Counted from the stretch's first letter, positions 20,000 to 30,329 are shown. The stretch: 64,000 nucleotides of DNA from an uncultured virus (IMG/VR IMGVR_UViG_3300029913_001576) (IMGVR_UViG_3300029913_001576), one strand, 5' to 3'. Numbers and translations are program-made. Notes: generated by a model not told the origin, from the sequence alone.

Positions 20000-20695
20000 T
20001 TATTTGGTGCCGAGACCAAGGCGGCGTTCACGCTCGATAGCCTCCTCGTGACCATAGAACGCCTCGCCCTCCGGGTCGGGGGTTAGTCGGATCAACCTCC
20101 AGCCTAGGGCGTTACGGTCTGTCCGTGCCCCTGGAGCAAACCCTGCGGCGAAGTAGAGTTCGCTGATCTGGTACCCATTGAGGGTGCGGGAAGAAAGAAG
20201 CCCGCGAACACCGAGGACGACATAGCCGTTCTGTTGAAGTAGCACCCGTTCCGACGTGATCGAGTAGGTCTGCGTGTAGCCGCTCTTGTCCTTGGTGGAC
20301 TTCGCGAAGAGTTGATCGACGTACTCCGACACGCCGGGGCCTACGAAGTCGGAAATGGCCTTAACCCCACCCTTCTCATTTCGGGTGAGAAGGAACTCCA
20401 CGGTGTCGAGCATCTGGGACATGTAGACCTCGTCAGCAACATGGGTTCCGAACTCCAGCTTGCCGGAGAACAGCCTGCCGTCCGAGTAGACCTGTACGGG
20501 GTTGGGCTTACGGGCGCGTTGAACGACCCAGACAGACAGGGGCAAAGTTACCAGCGCCAGCAACACGGCCATGGCGGCGAGCGGCTTGAATCGGGCGCGA
20601 AGGGCATCGGCCCGGTCGAAGTAGTCCTCGGACCCGGGGACCCGCTCCCAGGTCAGGTTGTCCATCATCGGGATTTTCTTTTTCGGGTCGCTCAT
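20000..20695 (-). CDS. VirB8/TraE-like inner membrane T4SS protein
   Basis: Single TM helix plus NTF2-like length; C-terminal RTDRNALGW motif. Confidence 0.55.
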   Translation of the reverse strand: MSDPKKKIPMMDNLTWERVPGSEDYFDRADALRARFKPLAAMAVLLALVTLPLSVWVVQRARKPNPVQVYSDGRLFSGKLEFGTHVADEVYMSQMLDTVEFLLTRNEKGGVKAISDFVGPGVSEYVDQLFAKSTKDKSGYTQTYSITSERVLLQQNGYVVLGVRGLLSSRTLNGYQISELYFAAGFAPGARTDRNALGWRLIRLTPDPEGEAFYGHEEAIERERRLGLGTK

Positions 20696-21756
20696 GGCTT
20701 CGAGGGTTTCTGGACCTGAGCCGCAGGCTTAGGCGGGTTGGGGCTGGTCTTCTGGGGCGCGTCATCCGCGGCACCCATCTTGACAGTTCGCTCCGAATCC
20801 CAATCGAGGGCAGCTTGGTCGATGCGCCATTCGCGCTTCACCAAGACGAACGGAAAGCGGTTCAATCGGCTCGGGGGAGCCATCTCCAAGAGCAATTCGG
20901 CCCTATAGGGCAGCACGACATTCTTTTTTGAGGACTGGATGATGATGGCGAGGTAGCCGCGCACATAGCAGGAAACGCGTCCGTGCTTGGAGTCCTGCTC
21001 CACGTCCTCGATGCGGGTCACAACTAGATTCTGGATGATGAAATGCTTCTTTGCCTGCACGGCCTGCCTGCTCGCATCCGATTCGGCCTTGGCGAAAATG
21101 TCCGGGGCCACCAAGCCCCGCAAGAGGGGCAAGTCCGGGTCGCCCCGATCATCAAGCCGGTGCATAAGCGGGAGCACCGTGTTGATGAACAGGAGCATGT
21201 CGTCCAGATTTACGTCCTCCTTGCCGAAGGTGATGTCGGCTTCCTTACGCAGCGAGTTCGGCGCCGTGAGCTGCATCTGCGGGCGCACACCCGCCTGCCA
21301 GCCTGCAACGAGGAGGACCAGGACCACGAACACGTTTACCATCAAGGAGAGGGTGAGGATATTCAGCAGCCACCCAACGTAGGCGTGGCGTCGCAATTCC
21401 GGGATAGCGGTGATCGTTGGGCGAGAGGTTCGCGCCGGAGCACTCGCAGGGTCGAATTCCGTCGCAGGCTCAGTCGCAACGCTCCGGGCAGAAGGTTCGG
21501 CGAACAAGGTCGCCTGCACAGCCTTGCGTCTTGCTGCGGTCGCCTGTGCGGGGTTCAGTTGGGGACCCACCGGGAGGGCCGCAACGGGACCGGTACCATT
21601 GGCAGCGGCGGTTGCCGCCGTTTTGTCAGAAGCGACGGCAGTGGTGGAACTTGAGGCGGCTGTCTTCCCCTGCTTTTTAGCAAGCACAGCTTCGCGGTTT
21701 TCCCGCATTTTGCGAGATAGGCGACCTAGTAATCCTTCCTGCTTGGGTTCACTCAT
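20692..21756 (-). CDS. second VirB8/TraE-like membrane protein
   Basis: Single TM helix; C-terminal PSRLNRFPFVL; position in the cluster. Confidence 0.45.
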   Translation of the reverse strand: MSEPKQEGLLGRLSRKMRENREAVLAKKQGKTAASSSTTAVASDKTAATAAANGTGPVAALPVGPQLNPAQATAARRKAVQATLFAEPSARSVATEPATEFDPASAPARTSRPTITAIPELRRHAYVGWLLNILTLSLMVNVFVVLVLLVAGWQAGVRPQMQLTAPNSLRKEADITFGKEDVNLDDMLLFINTVLPLMHRLDDRGDPDLPLLRGLVAPDIFAKAESDASRQAVQAKKHFIIQNLVVTRIEDVEQDSKHGRVSCYVRGYLAIIIQSSKKNVVLPYRAELLLEMAPPSRLNRFPFVLVKREWRIDQAALDWDSERTVKMGAADDAPQKTSPNPPKPAAQVQKPSKP

Positions 21757-21798
21757 GTGCCCTCTAATTATGGGAGGACAAAGGGGGGAAAGTAGGGG

Positions 21799-24372
21799 TT
21801 AATCCTCGTCTTCGCCCCTATTCTTGTTCCGGCTCTTCATGTAGCCGCCGAGCGCCCTCATCGGGTCGCCGCCGTGCTTCAAGAGATTGACCCCAATGCG
21901 GCCTGCGGCCCGATAGGCGCGCCCCTGGGCGACCTTGCTTGTTGCCCAGCTAGGCTTCTGAATCTGGGGCACACCCAGCGCGTTACCCTTACCTACGGCA
22001 CGCGAGGCGACGTTCACCGTTCGCGCTCCCATGTTGCCCACCCGGGAAGCTGCCATCCTGGCCAGACCGCCGACCCCGCCACCTCCGGCAGCCAATGCGC
22101 CAGCGCCTGCAACCGCCATGCCGCCCGCAATCAGGACCGCAGCACCCGCGCCGACGGCCGCCGAGCCCATGACACCCGCGATCCACGATCCGCCAGAGAG
22201 GAACCCGCGCGTGAGGCCCGGGACCTTCCATGCGAGGACCAGCGAAGCGATCAAGTAGCCCGCCGTGAGAATCAGCATTGAACAAGCAATCATCTCGGGA
22301 AGGGCCGCCCCTCCTGAAACCAGCGCAACGGCGGCGCCGGCGGCTGCAAACGCAGCGGAAAAGAGTGCGCAGAAGCCCCCGTACAGAGCGTCCATTATCA
22401 TTTGGAAGAACGCCCAGAACGGTACCATGAGCGATGCGGCTAGTAGCGTTTCAACTGACCCTGTGAATGCCTTCTTCAAGGGTCCGTCGAAGAGCCAAAA
22501 TGGAAGGCAAACCATCATTCCGAGGATTGCCAGCTCGGCGACGGCGCGGAAAAGGAACTGCCCGACATACATCACGGCGGGCATGACCAGGTCCTTGCAG
22601 ATGTAGACCCCTGCCGAGAGGACATTCGTGACATTGTCCATGATCGTAGTGGGCTTGAACTGCGAGGCAGCCCCCATGAGTTTCCTCTTGGCCGCAGACC
22701 CAACATCCTGGAGCCACCCGTAGAAGCTGCTCATGGTTGAGTTGCTCATGGCCTGGGCGAATTGATCCAGCATCTCGGAGTCCACCCAGTTCGAAGTCGC
22801 TGAGCGAACGTCGGCCTTGTACTGCTCAAGAAGAGCGGTCCTTTGGGCCGGTCCGGTTCCGCTCGAACCCACATTCTGGAGGGAAGTCGTCACATTCGAA
22901 GTGATGGAGTCGAGGTAGTTCGAAAGGGGCGTGACGTTGTAGGATGAGATGTTCGCGCTGTACGTGTTGACCGGCGTGCTCGCGTCCGTGTACGTCCAAT
23001 TGATCGCCATTCCAGTGTAGGTTATTGCGCCGCTGCTCATGTTGGCGGAATCGGACGCGAGTTGGGCATAGCGCTTCGCCACGGCCGCCCGGACATCGTC
23101 CAGTCCTCCTTGGACAATTGCGCTGCCATCAGGATTGGTGCCTGCCGTGGTGGTGAGCCGCGGCAGCATCGGGTAGTTCTGAGAGCCAAAGGTCGATTGC
23201 GACCCTGACGAAGAAGACCCTGTGGACGCTTGCGTATTCATCGCGTGCCCAAGGGAGTTCAAGAAACAGGCCCAATAGTCGATGGACGCTGCGTCAAGCG
23301 CAGGGTTGTCGGCGTACTTCGTGAAAATGCCCGCTCGGTCAGCCAGTCCTGCATGTACCGCCTTGTCCCGGATAGGCAGAAGCTCCGCGTTGAGGGCTGA
23401 AGCCGCACCGGCCACCTGTCCAAAGCGAGTCGCGACTCCACTGGAGGCGTTGATCGAATTCATGTTCGTCTGGAGGTAGTTCACGAAATTGTACATTCCG
23501 TTCATCAACTCCATCGAGGTCGCGTAGATGATCGCGGGGTTCGCGTAGATGAGGCACGCCACGAAGAGCTTCAGCACAAGGGCCGCAATCGCGCGAATGT
23601 CGCGCTGCTCCGAATGCATCAAACTTGCGATGCGAACCATGAACGCAAAGAGCATGATCGACCCCATGATCCCCATGGCCCGGTACTGCGTGAGAAAGGT
23701 TCCCAGCGGCAGGCCAAGAACATAGAGCATCGGGGTCGAGTCGCAGTAGAGGTAAAGGTCGTGGTAGTATTTGAAATAGTTCCCCGCCGTGTAGTCGGCC
23801 TGCTGAGGGGCAGGATGCGAACCGCTTGTGGTGCTGCTGATAGTCAGGGCAATGGCAGCGGTGAGATTGTTGGTCGCCCCTTGATTGATCCCTCCGACCG
23901 TATTGCTCGTATCGAGAGGCGGTGCAGGCGTAGCTCCGGAGGGGACCGGCGTTGGGGTCGGAGCCCCGAGGGTCGCCGCAGCTCCTGGAATGGCCGCCAT
24001 GCCGCTCGTGGCTTGAACGACCGGAGATGGGGCGACCATAGTTGGAGTCGCCACGTAGACCGGGGCTGGAAACGGAGTCGGGGTTGCACTCGAAGGCGCA
24101 GGAGTAGGCGTTATGCCCGAGCCACCCGGATCAGTCGATCCCGTGCTGGTTGACCCGGAGCCTGTCGATCCTGGATCACCTGTCGAACCTGGATCAGTCG
24201 TAGCGCCTGGATCAGTGGTTCCTCCAGAGCTTGGCGGGGGTGTGAGCCCAGACCCACCAGAGGGATCGGTCGGGGTGCTGGGAGGCGGATCGCTCTGCGC
24301 CCGCATGGTGGCCGAGAAACATAGGGCCAACGCGCAGAAGAAGGCGACGAAAGGTTTGCGGAGGAATTCCAT
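21799..24372 (-). CDS. VirB6/TrbL-like polytopic membrane protein
   Basis: Signal peptide, S/T/P/G-rich N-terminus with TDPG repeats, several TM helices, Gly/Ala-rich C-terminal tail. Confidence 0.65.
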   Translation of the reverse strand: MEFLRKPFVAFFCALALCFSATMRAQSDPPPSTPTDPSGGSGLTPPPSSGGTTDPGATTDPGSTGDPGSTGSGSTSTGSTDPGGSGITPTPAPSSATPTPFPAPVYVATPTMVAPSPVVQATSGMAAIPGAAATLGAPTPTPVPSGATPAPPLDTSNTVGGINQGATNNLTAAIALTISSTTSGSHPAPQQADYTAGNYFKYYHDLYLYCDSTPMLYVLGLPLGTFLTQYRAMGIMGSIMLFAFMVRIASLMHSEQRDIRAIAALVLKLFVACLIYANPAIIYATSMELMNGMYNFVNYLQTNMNSINASSGVATRFGQVAGAASALNAELLPIRDKAVHAGLADRAGIFTKYADNPALDAASIDYWACFLNSLGHAMNTQASTGSSSSGSQSTFGSQNYPMLPRLTTTAGTNPDGSAIVQGGLDDVRAAVAKRYAQLASDSANMSSGAITYTGMAINWTYTDASTPVNTYSANISSYNVTPLSNYLDSITSNVTTSLQNVGSSGTGPAQRTALLEQYKADVRSATSNWVDSEMLDQFAQAMSNSTMSSFYGWLQDVGSAAKRKLMGAASQFKPTTIMDNVTNVLSAGVYICKDLVMPAVMYVGQFLFRAVAELAILGMMVCLPFWLFDGPLKKAFTGSVETLLAASLMVPFWAFFQMIMDALYGGFCALFSAAFAAAGAAVALVSGGAALPEMIACSMLILTAGYLIASLVLAWKVPGLTRGFLSGGSWIAGVMGSAAVGAGAAVLIAGGMAVAGAGALAAGGGGVGGLARMAASRVGNMGARTVNVASRAVGKGNALGVPQIQKPSWATSKVAQGRAYRAAGRIGVNLLKHGGDPMRALGGYMKSRNKNRGEDED

Positions 24373-24374
24373 GC

Positions 24375-25013
24375 TTACCTGTTCAGGCGGGAGTTCAACT
24401 CCGCCTGTGCTCCGTCCTTCATCTGTTCCGAATTTTCCTCGGTGAGAATCTGCTGCTTCTGCTGCGCCATCTGGATGCGGGCCTCGTTCGCGCTGTTCTG
24501 GTCAGTGACCGCGAGCGCGAGGCTCTGGTTTTGAAGCGCTCCAAATTGTGAGGCCAACTGGGTCTGGTGGCTGTAGTCGAGCGGCTGCCCGTTGTTCTGC
24601 GCGACGGCGTTAGCAATCTGCTGGTTCACGCCGCCAATCGCTGTCCTGTTCGTTGCCGACCAACTGAGGTAGCTCTTGAGCGTGGGGTCGGAACTGACTT
24701 TGGCCGACTGCTGGGTCTCGGTAACGCTGGGCGAGAGCGCAGCGGCACTTGTCGGAAGAGATCCAGCTTGCAAGTCTGCCGCTGCGGCCGCGCCAAACTG
24801 CGATTGGGTTGCGGCCTGAGTCGCTGCCTTGCCTGTTTCTTGGATCTGCTGCTGTCCCTCCTGCGTTGTGATCCAGTCGTCCACGAGGGCGTTCAACACG
24901 TCCGCAGGAATGCAATCTATGTGGAAGATGATACCGTCGGCACGAGCCAAGCCGGATGCAAATAGGGCAAACGCGAGACTTCCTGCGATGAGATGTGAGG
25001 CGCGGGTTTTCAA
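24375..25013 (-). CDS. secreted Gln-rich transfer protein (VirB5-like candidate)
   Basis: Signal peptide; helical Q/A-rich; inside the tra cluster. Confidence 0.5.
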   Translation of the reverse strand: MKTRASHLIAGSLAFALFASGLARADGIIFHIDCIPADVLNALVDDWITTQEGQQQIQETGKAATQAATQSQFGAAAAADLQAGSLPTSAAALSPSVTETQQSAKVSSDPTLKSYLSWSATNRTAIGGVNQQIANAVAQNNGQPLDYSHQTQLASQFGALQNQSLALAVTDQNSANEARIQMAQQKQQILTEENSEQMKDGAQAELNSRLNR

Positions 25014-25016
25014 CGG

Positions 25017-25895
25017 TCAATCATTGCGGTCGATTCTCGCGTCCAGTTGTGCCTGCGCCTCTTCCCTTGCCCGCCGAGCCTGCATATCCGTCAGGACGGT
25101 GTTCTGGGCACTCGTCTGAGCGATCAGGGTTTCGTTAGCCTGATTCTGCTGGGTAGCGGATAGCGCTTGAAGTCGGGCGTTTGAGGCCGCGATGGCTGAA
25201 CCGGCAGCGGCCTGCTCATTCAAGGTGGTCGCCTTGTCGGACTTCTGCTGAGCTTGGGCCGCGATATTCGACTCCGTCTGGATGGCAGTCCGTCGGGAGG
25301 TGGCGCCGCTGTTGAAGCTCTGCGACTGTAAATTGGCGATGGTGCCGGCAATGGCGCTCTGATTCGCGACCTGCTGGTCAGGTGGCATGTTGCCAACGGT
25401 GGTAGCCAGTTGGATCGAGGGGTCGCCCAACCCTACGCTGATGCCGAGTGCGCCCATGCTCTGGTTGGTCGCCCAGTTGGAGAAGTTCTGGATTGGGCTC
25501 TGCGTCCCCATGAAAGAGTTCAGGGACGTTCCCATGAACACATCCAGGCTGCCGGCCAAGGGACCCGTTTGCTGGTAGAGGCTGTTGATCGTGGACGGGT
25601 CAATCCCGAGCCCCTGCGCGACCGAAGACAGGCTGGAGAGGGAAAGGGCGCCCGAGTTGCCGTCGCCGAGAGAGACACCCAGCGACGCCTGGATTCCCGA
25701 GAGCGAGGTCAATTGCGCGGTGTTGATCCCGAAGATATTGCCCAGCGTGTTGAGTTGCTGCCCTTCCTGCGCGTACTGCTGGAGGAGCTGACCGAAGGCC
25801 GTGGGGTCGAAAACGATGTCCCCTACTCCGAAAAGGGCGAATGCCTTCGTGGAAAGCACGAGGGTAAGCGCCAGCGTTGAAATGATGCGTTTCAT
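25017..25895 (-). CDS. TrbJ/VirB5-like secreted protein
   Basis: MKRIISTLAL signal followed by GDIVFDPT motif; Gln-rich helices. Confidence 0.65.
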   Translation of the reverse strand: MKRIISTLALTLVLSTKAFALFGVGDIVFDPTAFGQLLQQYAQEGQQLNTLGNIFGINTAQLTSLSGIQASLGVSLGDGNSGALSLSSLSSVAQGLGIDPSTINSLYQQTGPLAGSLDVFMGTSLNSFMGTQSPIQNFSNWATNQSMGALGISVGLGDPSIQLATTVGNMPPDQQVANQSAIAGTIANLQSQSFNSGATSRRTAIQTESNIAAQAQQKSDKATTLNEQAAAGSAIAASNARLQALSATQQNQANETLIAQTSAQNTVLTDMQARRAREEAQAQLDARIDRND

Positions 25896-25944
25896 GGTAA
25901 GACAATTATGGGGGCCGCGGCACTTCGAGTGCCGGTGCCTCGAC

Positions 25945-26424
25945 TCACCGCTTGGGCTCATCAAGGGGGGCTTCCTCGTCGTCACTGCGGCGCGGAGCCA
26001 CGTTGACGTTGTCCACGAGGCCGCCCGGGTAGTTCACCTCGTTCGTGAAACGGGTCTCGGTCGTGTTCGGGCCGCCCTGCTTCTGGTATCGCTCTGACTC
26101 CCAGTATTCGTTGAGGATCTTCACCCGTTCTGCCCGACGGGCAGCTTCAACAAGCTCGGCCTCCCTCCGGGCCTTGGCGTCGCTTTCGACGTTGGCGACC
26201 ACGGCACCGCCAATTGCACCCACGGCACCGCCGGCGGCTGCGCCTAAGGCGTTGTGGGTGAGGGCGTACCCTCCGGCGGCACCAAGACCGGCGCCTCCAA
26301 CGATGTCCACAGCCTGGCTGACGGAAGTGTGGTCAACTGTCTGGGGCAGTTGCACGGGTGACGATGAACTGACGCACCCACCACAAAGGAGGATCGGCAT
26401 GGCAAGGATGTACGGGATTTTCAT
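25945..26424 (-). CDS. glycine-zipper lipoprotein
   Basis: CGGC lipobox; GAGLGAAGG...GGAVGAIGG. Confidence 0.7.
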   Translation of the reverse strand: MKIPYILAMPILLCGGCVSSSSPVQLPQTVDHTSVSQAVDIVGGAGLGAAGGYALTHNALGAAAGGAVGAIGGAVVANVESDAKARREAELVEAARRAERVKILNEYWESERYQKQGGPNTTETRFTNEVNYPGGLVDNVNVAPRRSDDEEAPLDEPKR

Positions 26425-26439
26425 GGTGGTAATGGAAAA

Positions 26440-29046
26440 TTAGGCTGCTTTGGGTACCCCCCGGGGGGCCTGTTCACTCGGGTTGGACCGGGCATAAGCG
26501 ACCCCGCGAGGGAACTGCTTGGAGAATTCGCGCATTGCGACATCGAGCCCGCATTTGTTCGTCCGCATGTACTCCTTCATCCAGTGGGTATCTTCCTTGT
26601 CGCTCGTAATCATCGCGTACTTGATCGGCGTGACGTAGTTCCTGCAAAGGTGCGCCTGCGTGCCGGTCGAGGTCTTCTGTACGACGACGAAGTCCGCGAA
26701 CTCCCCCTTGCGGGTTTGCAGCTCCCCAATGAAATCGACTACCTCGACAGGGAACCCGCTTGCTTCCGCAGCGGCCCGGGTGTCGCCAAGGTCGTCCTGG
26801 CGGAGAAAAATCTTGATCGGGGCATGCGTGAAAAGGGTTGAGAGATCCATGGCCTTCTGCGTGAGCGCCCAAACACCCGTTCCCGTTTTGCGGAAGGTGC
26901 GGTAGGCGAAATCAAGGAACGCCGCCTGGGCAGGATTCTTGCACAGCTGGCCGGCCTCGTCGAAAAACACATACTTCCGGCGAACGCCGCCGTAGCTCAT
27001 CAGCTGCGACACCATGGAGATAATCAGCATCGTGAGCACGTTGGTGAGTGCCTCATTGGTGCCGCGAACGTCCTGTCCGAGGTCGATGACACTCAGGCGG
27101 CCGCCCATCGGCACGTTGTTCATACCGTCAAACATCCGTCCGTAGTCGCCACCGTCGCACCAGGAGCTAATCTGGGTGGCCAGCCAGCGGCCATCCTGCT
27201 CCTTTGCGAGGACATCGCGAAGCTCGCCGAGTTGCACCTCGCGCGCGCCGTTGGCCTGGTCATAGAGCCTGAGGAGGGCGTCCTTCAAGGTGCGCTTGGC
27301 ATCGCCGTCCAGCAACCCGGTCTTCTGGGCTGCGGACATGACCATGACCTCCAGGATCGACATTACTTGCCCGAGTTCGTCCGGGTCGGGTGCGTGCCCA
27401 CCGGAGATGTAGAGCGGGTTCAGCGTGATGTCCTTGTTCTGCGTCGTGAGCAAAAGCGGCGTCACGCCGAAGGCCGCAGCGAGTCCGTTGAACGAGCCAC
27501 CGCGGTCGATCATGACCGCGCGGCCATCCGCACCCAGCAGCTCGATAATCAAGGAGGCCCCCAGGACCGATTTGCCTTGGCCGGTTCCGGCCGAGATCAT
27601 CCCGTGCGGGGCGCTGTAGAGTGAGCCTTCGTGCGGGTCGATGTTGAGCAAGCCGCTTGTTGAGGAGACGGTCGTGAAAAGCGCTCCGAGCGAGTTGCCG
27701 CTCATGCGAAGGTAGGTCGGCTGCCCGCTGATGGGAATAAGGCGAACCGCATGGCGGGTCGTTACCTCAAGTGCGCGACAAACGTCGCGGTCCATGGTGT
27801 TGCCCGGGCACGTAGCCCGCAGGAACGGCCACAAGTTGAAGCGTTCATGCACGAGCCCGATCTTTCCGGCTTGGTCGCAAAGAATCCGCAGGGTACGGGC
27901 GAGCTTCAGCACCTCCTCGGGGTCATCCCCCCAAAGGCGGAACGTCACCCACTGCCGCCAGAGGCGGTCCGTGTTACTGGAGAGTTCCTCGATCTCGCGG
28001 TCAAGGTCGGCAAGCATGTTCCGGTTCTCGGGCTTGTCGCCCTGGTCCTTCAATGCCCGCAATTTGCGGTTAAGTTTCTCAATGCGCTTGGCGCGGTTGT
28101 GCGGAGTCGCCCAGGTGGTGACTTCCATCTTGGTCAAGCCGGCATAGAGAACGTCCTCCCAGATCCCCAATTTGAATCCCTCGGGGGGTTGCTCAAGGGT
28201 GAGAAGTGCCTCGTAGCTATCGCCCATGCGGTAGATGCCGGGAGGCAACCCCTCGCCAAAAGGGGTCCACTCAAACTCAGTCATTGGGAACAGGTCCGAC
28301 ACTGGCGACCCGTTGATGGCGGCGTAATGCGCAGCCGCCCCACCCTCCTCGTACAGCGAGCGATTCGCCCACTGGTAGAGCGCCTTCATCCATGACTTGT
28401 CGGTCAACCGAACGGGAAACACTCCGGCGCCTTCGAGCATGGGATTGATCGTGTCCAGCATGCTTTTCACATCGGCCGCCATGGCGTTGAAGGTGTCCTC
28501 GGATAGCTGGATCTCAGTGGAGACCTTAATCAGCTTCACCTTGCGCAGGAGAGAGGGGATTGCCTTAAAGGCGCGCTTGAAGAACTTCGGTTGGACGTTG
28601 GGGTCCTCGTCGCTCAGCTCCTCGGGAAGCGGACGCCTGACGATGATGAGCGTTGCCTCTTTCCACGCGACCATGCCCCCCGCGAGGGACCCGAGGACAA
28701 CCTGCTCGCACTCGCGCACAATCTCGCCAGCGAGGGCCGCCTGTCCGGAAGGCTTCGCCCTGTCAGCCATGATCCGGGTGAGTTCCTTGATCCGCCCACT
28801 TTGCGTCCAGCGCACCTGCCAGTCGTAATTCTCCGGGAGGGCGTTCAATACGCTCCGGAAGACGCCGAGTACATCAATCCGCGCCCCGTCCCCTCCCATG
28901 AGCGTGTTGGGAAGCTGGAGAGCCCATCCTCCGGCCATGGAGAAGTCCTTGTTCACAAGAATTCCGTTTGTGAGCATCATCGCAGGCAACTCGCTCGAAA
29001 GGACCGGAGATGCTGTCTGGTTGGAGCGCTGGAAATGTTTGCTCAT
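26440..29046 (-). CDS. virB4: VirB4/TraC family T4SS ATPase
   Basis: Walker A AGTGQGKS, IDRGGSF, FFDEA, RTFRKTG...LTQ; 868 aa. Confidence 0.9.
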   Translation of the reverse strand: MSKHFQRSNQTASPVLSSELPAMMLTNGILVNKDFSMAGGWALQLPNTLMGGDGARIDVLGVFRSVLNALPENYDWQVRWTQSGRIKELTRIMADRAKPSGQAALAGEIVRECEQVVLGSLAGGMVAWKEATLIIVRRPLPEELSDEDPNVQPKFFKRAFKAIPSLLRKVKLIKVSTEIQLSEDTFNAMAADVKSMLDTINPMLEGAGVFPVRLTDKSWMKALYQWANRSLYEEGGAAAHYAAINGSPVSDLFPMTEFEWTPFGEGLPPGIYRMGDSYEALLTLEQPPEGFKLGIWEDVLYAGLTKMEVTTWATPHNRAKRIEKLNRKLRALKDQGDKPENRNMLADLDREIEELSSNTDRLWRQWVTFRLWGDDPEEVLKLARTLRILCDQAGKIGLVHERFNLWPFLRATCPGNTMDRDVCRALEVTTRHAVRLIPISGQPTYLRMSGNSLGALFTTVSSTSGLLNIDPHEGSLYSAPHGMISAGTGQGKSVLGASLIIELLGADGRAVMIDRGGSFNGLAAAFGVTPLLLTTQNKDITLNPLYISGGHAPDPDELGQVMSILEVMVMSAAQKTGLLDGDAKRTLKDALLRLYDQANGAREVQLGELRDVLAKEQDGRWLATQISSWCDGGDYGRMFDGMNNVPMGGRLSVIDLGQDVRGTNEALTNVLTMLIISMVSQLMSYGGVRRKYVFFDEAGQLCKNPAQAAFLDFAYRTFRKTGTGVWALTQKAMDLSTLFTHAPIKIFLRQDDLGDTRAAAEASGFPVEVVDFIGELQTRKGEFADFVVVQKTSTGTQAHLCRNYVTPIKYAMITSDKEDTHWMKEYMRTNKCGLDVAMREFSKQFPRGVAYARSNPSEQAPRGVPKAA

Positions 29047-29378
29047 ATAAGGTCAAATTCCTGCGGGGCCGGGCGGGATGCCGCTGGAAGCAGGGGTTCC
29101 GGGCACTCGGCGCGACCTGGACGGAGGTACCGGCGTGAGTTGGCCAAAGTCGCAAAGAGGTGAAGATCGTAGCCACGAGGTTTTCCCGCGCGCAGGATCA
29201 GGATGTAGGCGACGAATCCGAAGACGAAGATGAAGAAGAGGAAATAGCTGTCGAGAAGGCCAAGGGAGACGATCAGCCCCGGCCCGAGAAGCCCGAGGTC
29301 CGTGGGCATTATCAGCCAGAAGATGTACACGCTCTGCGCAGCCTGCACATTGTAACTGATGACAGTGGGTTCCTCCAT
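29043..29378 (-). CDS. VirB3/TraL-like membrane protein
   Basis: Two TM helices then GKPRGY..H motif; directly upstream of VirB4. Confidence 0.65.
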   Translation of the reverse strand: MEEPTVISYNVQAAQSVYIFWLIMPTDLGLLGPGLIVSLGLLDSYFLFFIFVFGFVAYILILRAGKPRGYDLHLFATLANSRRYLRPGRAECPEPLLPAASRPAPQEFDLI

Positions 29379-29387
29379 GACGGGTCG

Positions 29388-29852
29388 TTACTTCGAGCCG
29401 TTCTTGGTGACAACGGAGGCGTCGATTCGAAGGTCGCTCAGCGATTTCTCGATTAGGTCACGGACCGCCGCCAGATCGTTTGTCGTGACCTGGGGTCCGG
29501 CTGCGGCCGTGACTAGAATGCGGCGGGCTTCGGCAAGGTGCTCGACGGCGGACGCCCGGCCGGCGCGCGTAACAGGAATGTACGCGAGAATCGGAATCTT
29601 CGCGACGACCGTCTGGTTGCCGACGTGGAATACCACCTCCTTCGTGAGATCCAGTTCGACAAGCTGGTAGTCAGGAAACGAGACTGGGAGGACGGGCTCG
29701 CGCCGGATGTGTGCATCGAGCGTAGGCGGGCCGCTCGGCTGTGATGTTGCAGGAGCGGTTGCCGTAGAGGGCGCCTGGTCCGCAAAGACCGGCACGGACG
29801 TGACAAGCAGCGCGATGACGAAGGCGGCGGAGACGATCCGGGAGGGATGCAT
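29388..29852 (-). CDS. secreted hypothetical protein, first gene of the tra operon
   Basis: Signal peptide; ATG 6 nt after CATAAT. Confidence 0.65.
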   Translation of the reverse strand: MHPSRIVSAAFVIALLVTSVPVFADQAPSTATAPATSQPSGPPTLDAHIRREPVLPVSFPDYQLVELDLTKEVVFHVGNQTVVAKIPILAYIPVTRAGRASAVEHLAEARRILVTAAAGPQVTTNDLAAVRDLIEKSLSDLRIDASVVTKNGSK

Positions 29853-29969
29853 TCTCTAATTATGGGACGGAGCGCATCCAAAAACACGGATGCCTGAAAA
29901 AAACGGGATGAGCTGGAAGCATCCTCTCCACCTCGGCCCCCATAATTAGTGAGAACCCAGTATCACAAA

Positions 29970-30329
29970 ATGAAACATTACAACAAAGTCCTCATGTTCG
30001 CGGCACTACTTCTGGTGGTGTTCGCTTTCGTCCCTGCGATGCACGCCCAGTCCTCATTGAGCACCAGCTCGATCTTCCAGGCGCCGACCACCCAATCCCC
30101 CATTGCTGGGGGTCTCAACGAAGTCCTCAAGTGGGTCTTCATCTTCCTCAAGTTTCTCGCCGTAATTGCCTGCGGTTGGGGCTCTTACCAAATTTACAAA
30201 GGCGAGCTGTCCTCTGGAATTTGGGCCTATGTCGCAGCCCTAGCGCTGTTCTTTTCCCCGGCCCTGGTGGACCTGGCCTCGAACATCGGCGCGACTGCCT
30301 CGGGCACCACGACGCAGCAAAGCCCCTGA
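29970..30329 (+). CDS. VirB2/TrbC-like pilin
   Basis: Signal peptide ending AMHA-Q plus two hydrophobic helices; 119 aa; monocistronic and divergent from the tra operon. Confidence 0.6.
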   Translation: MKHYNKVLMFAALLLVVFAFVPAMHAQSSLSTSSIFQAPTTQSPIAGGLNEVLKWVFIFLKFLAVIACGWGSYQIYKGELSSGIWAYVAALALFFSPALVDLASNIGATASGTTTQQSP

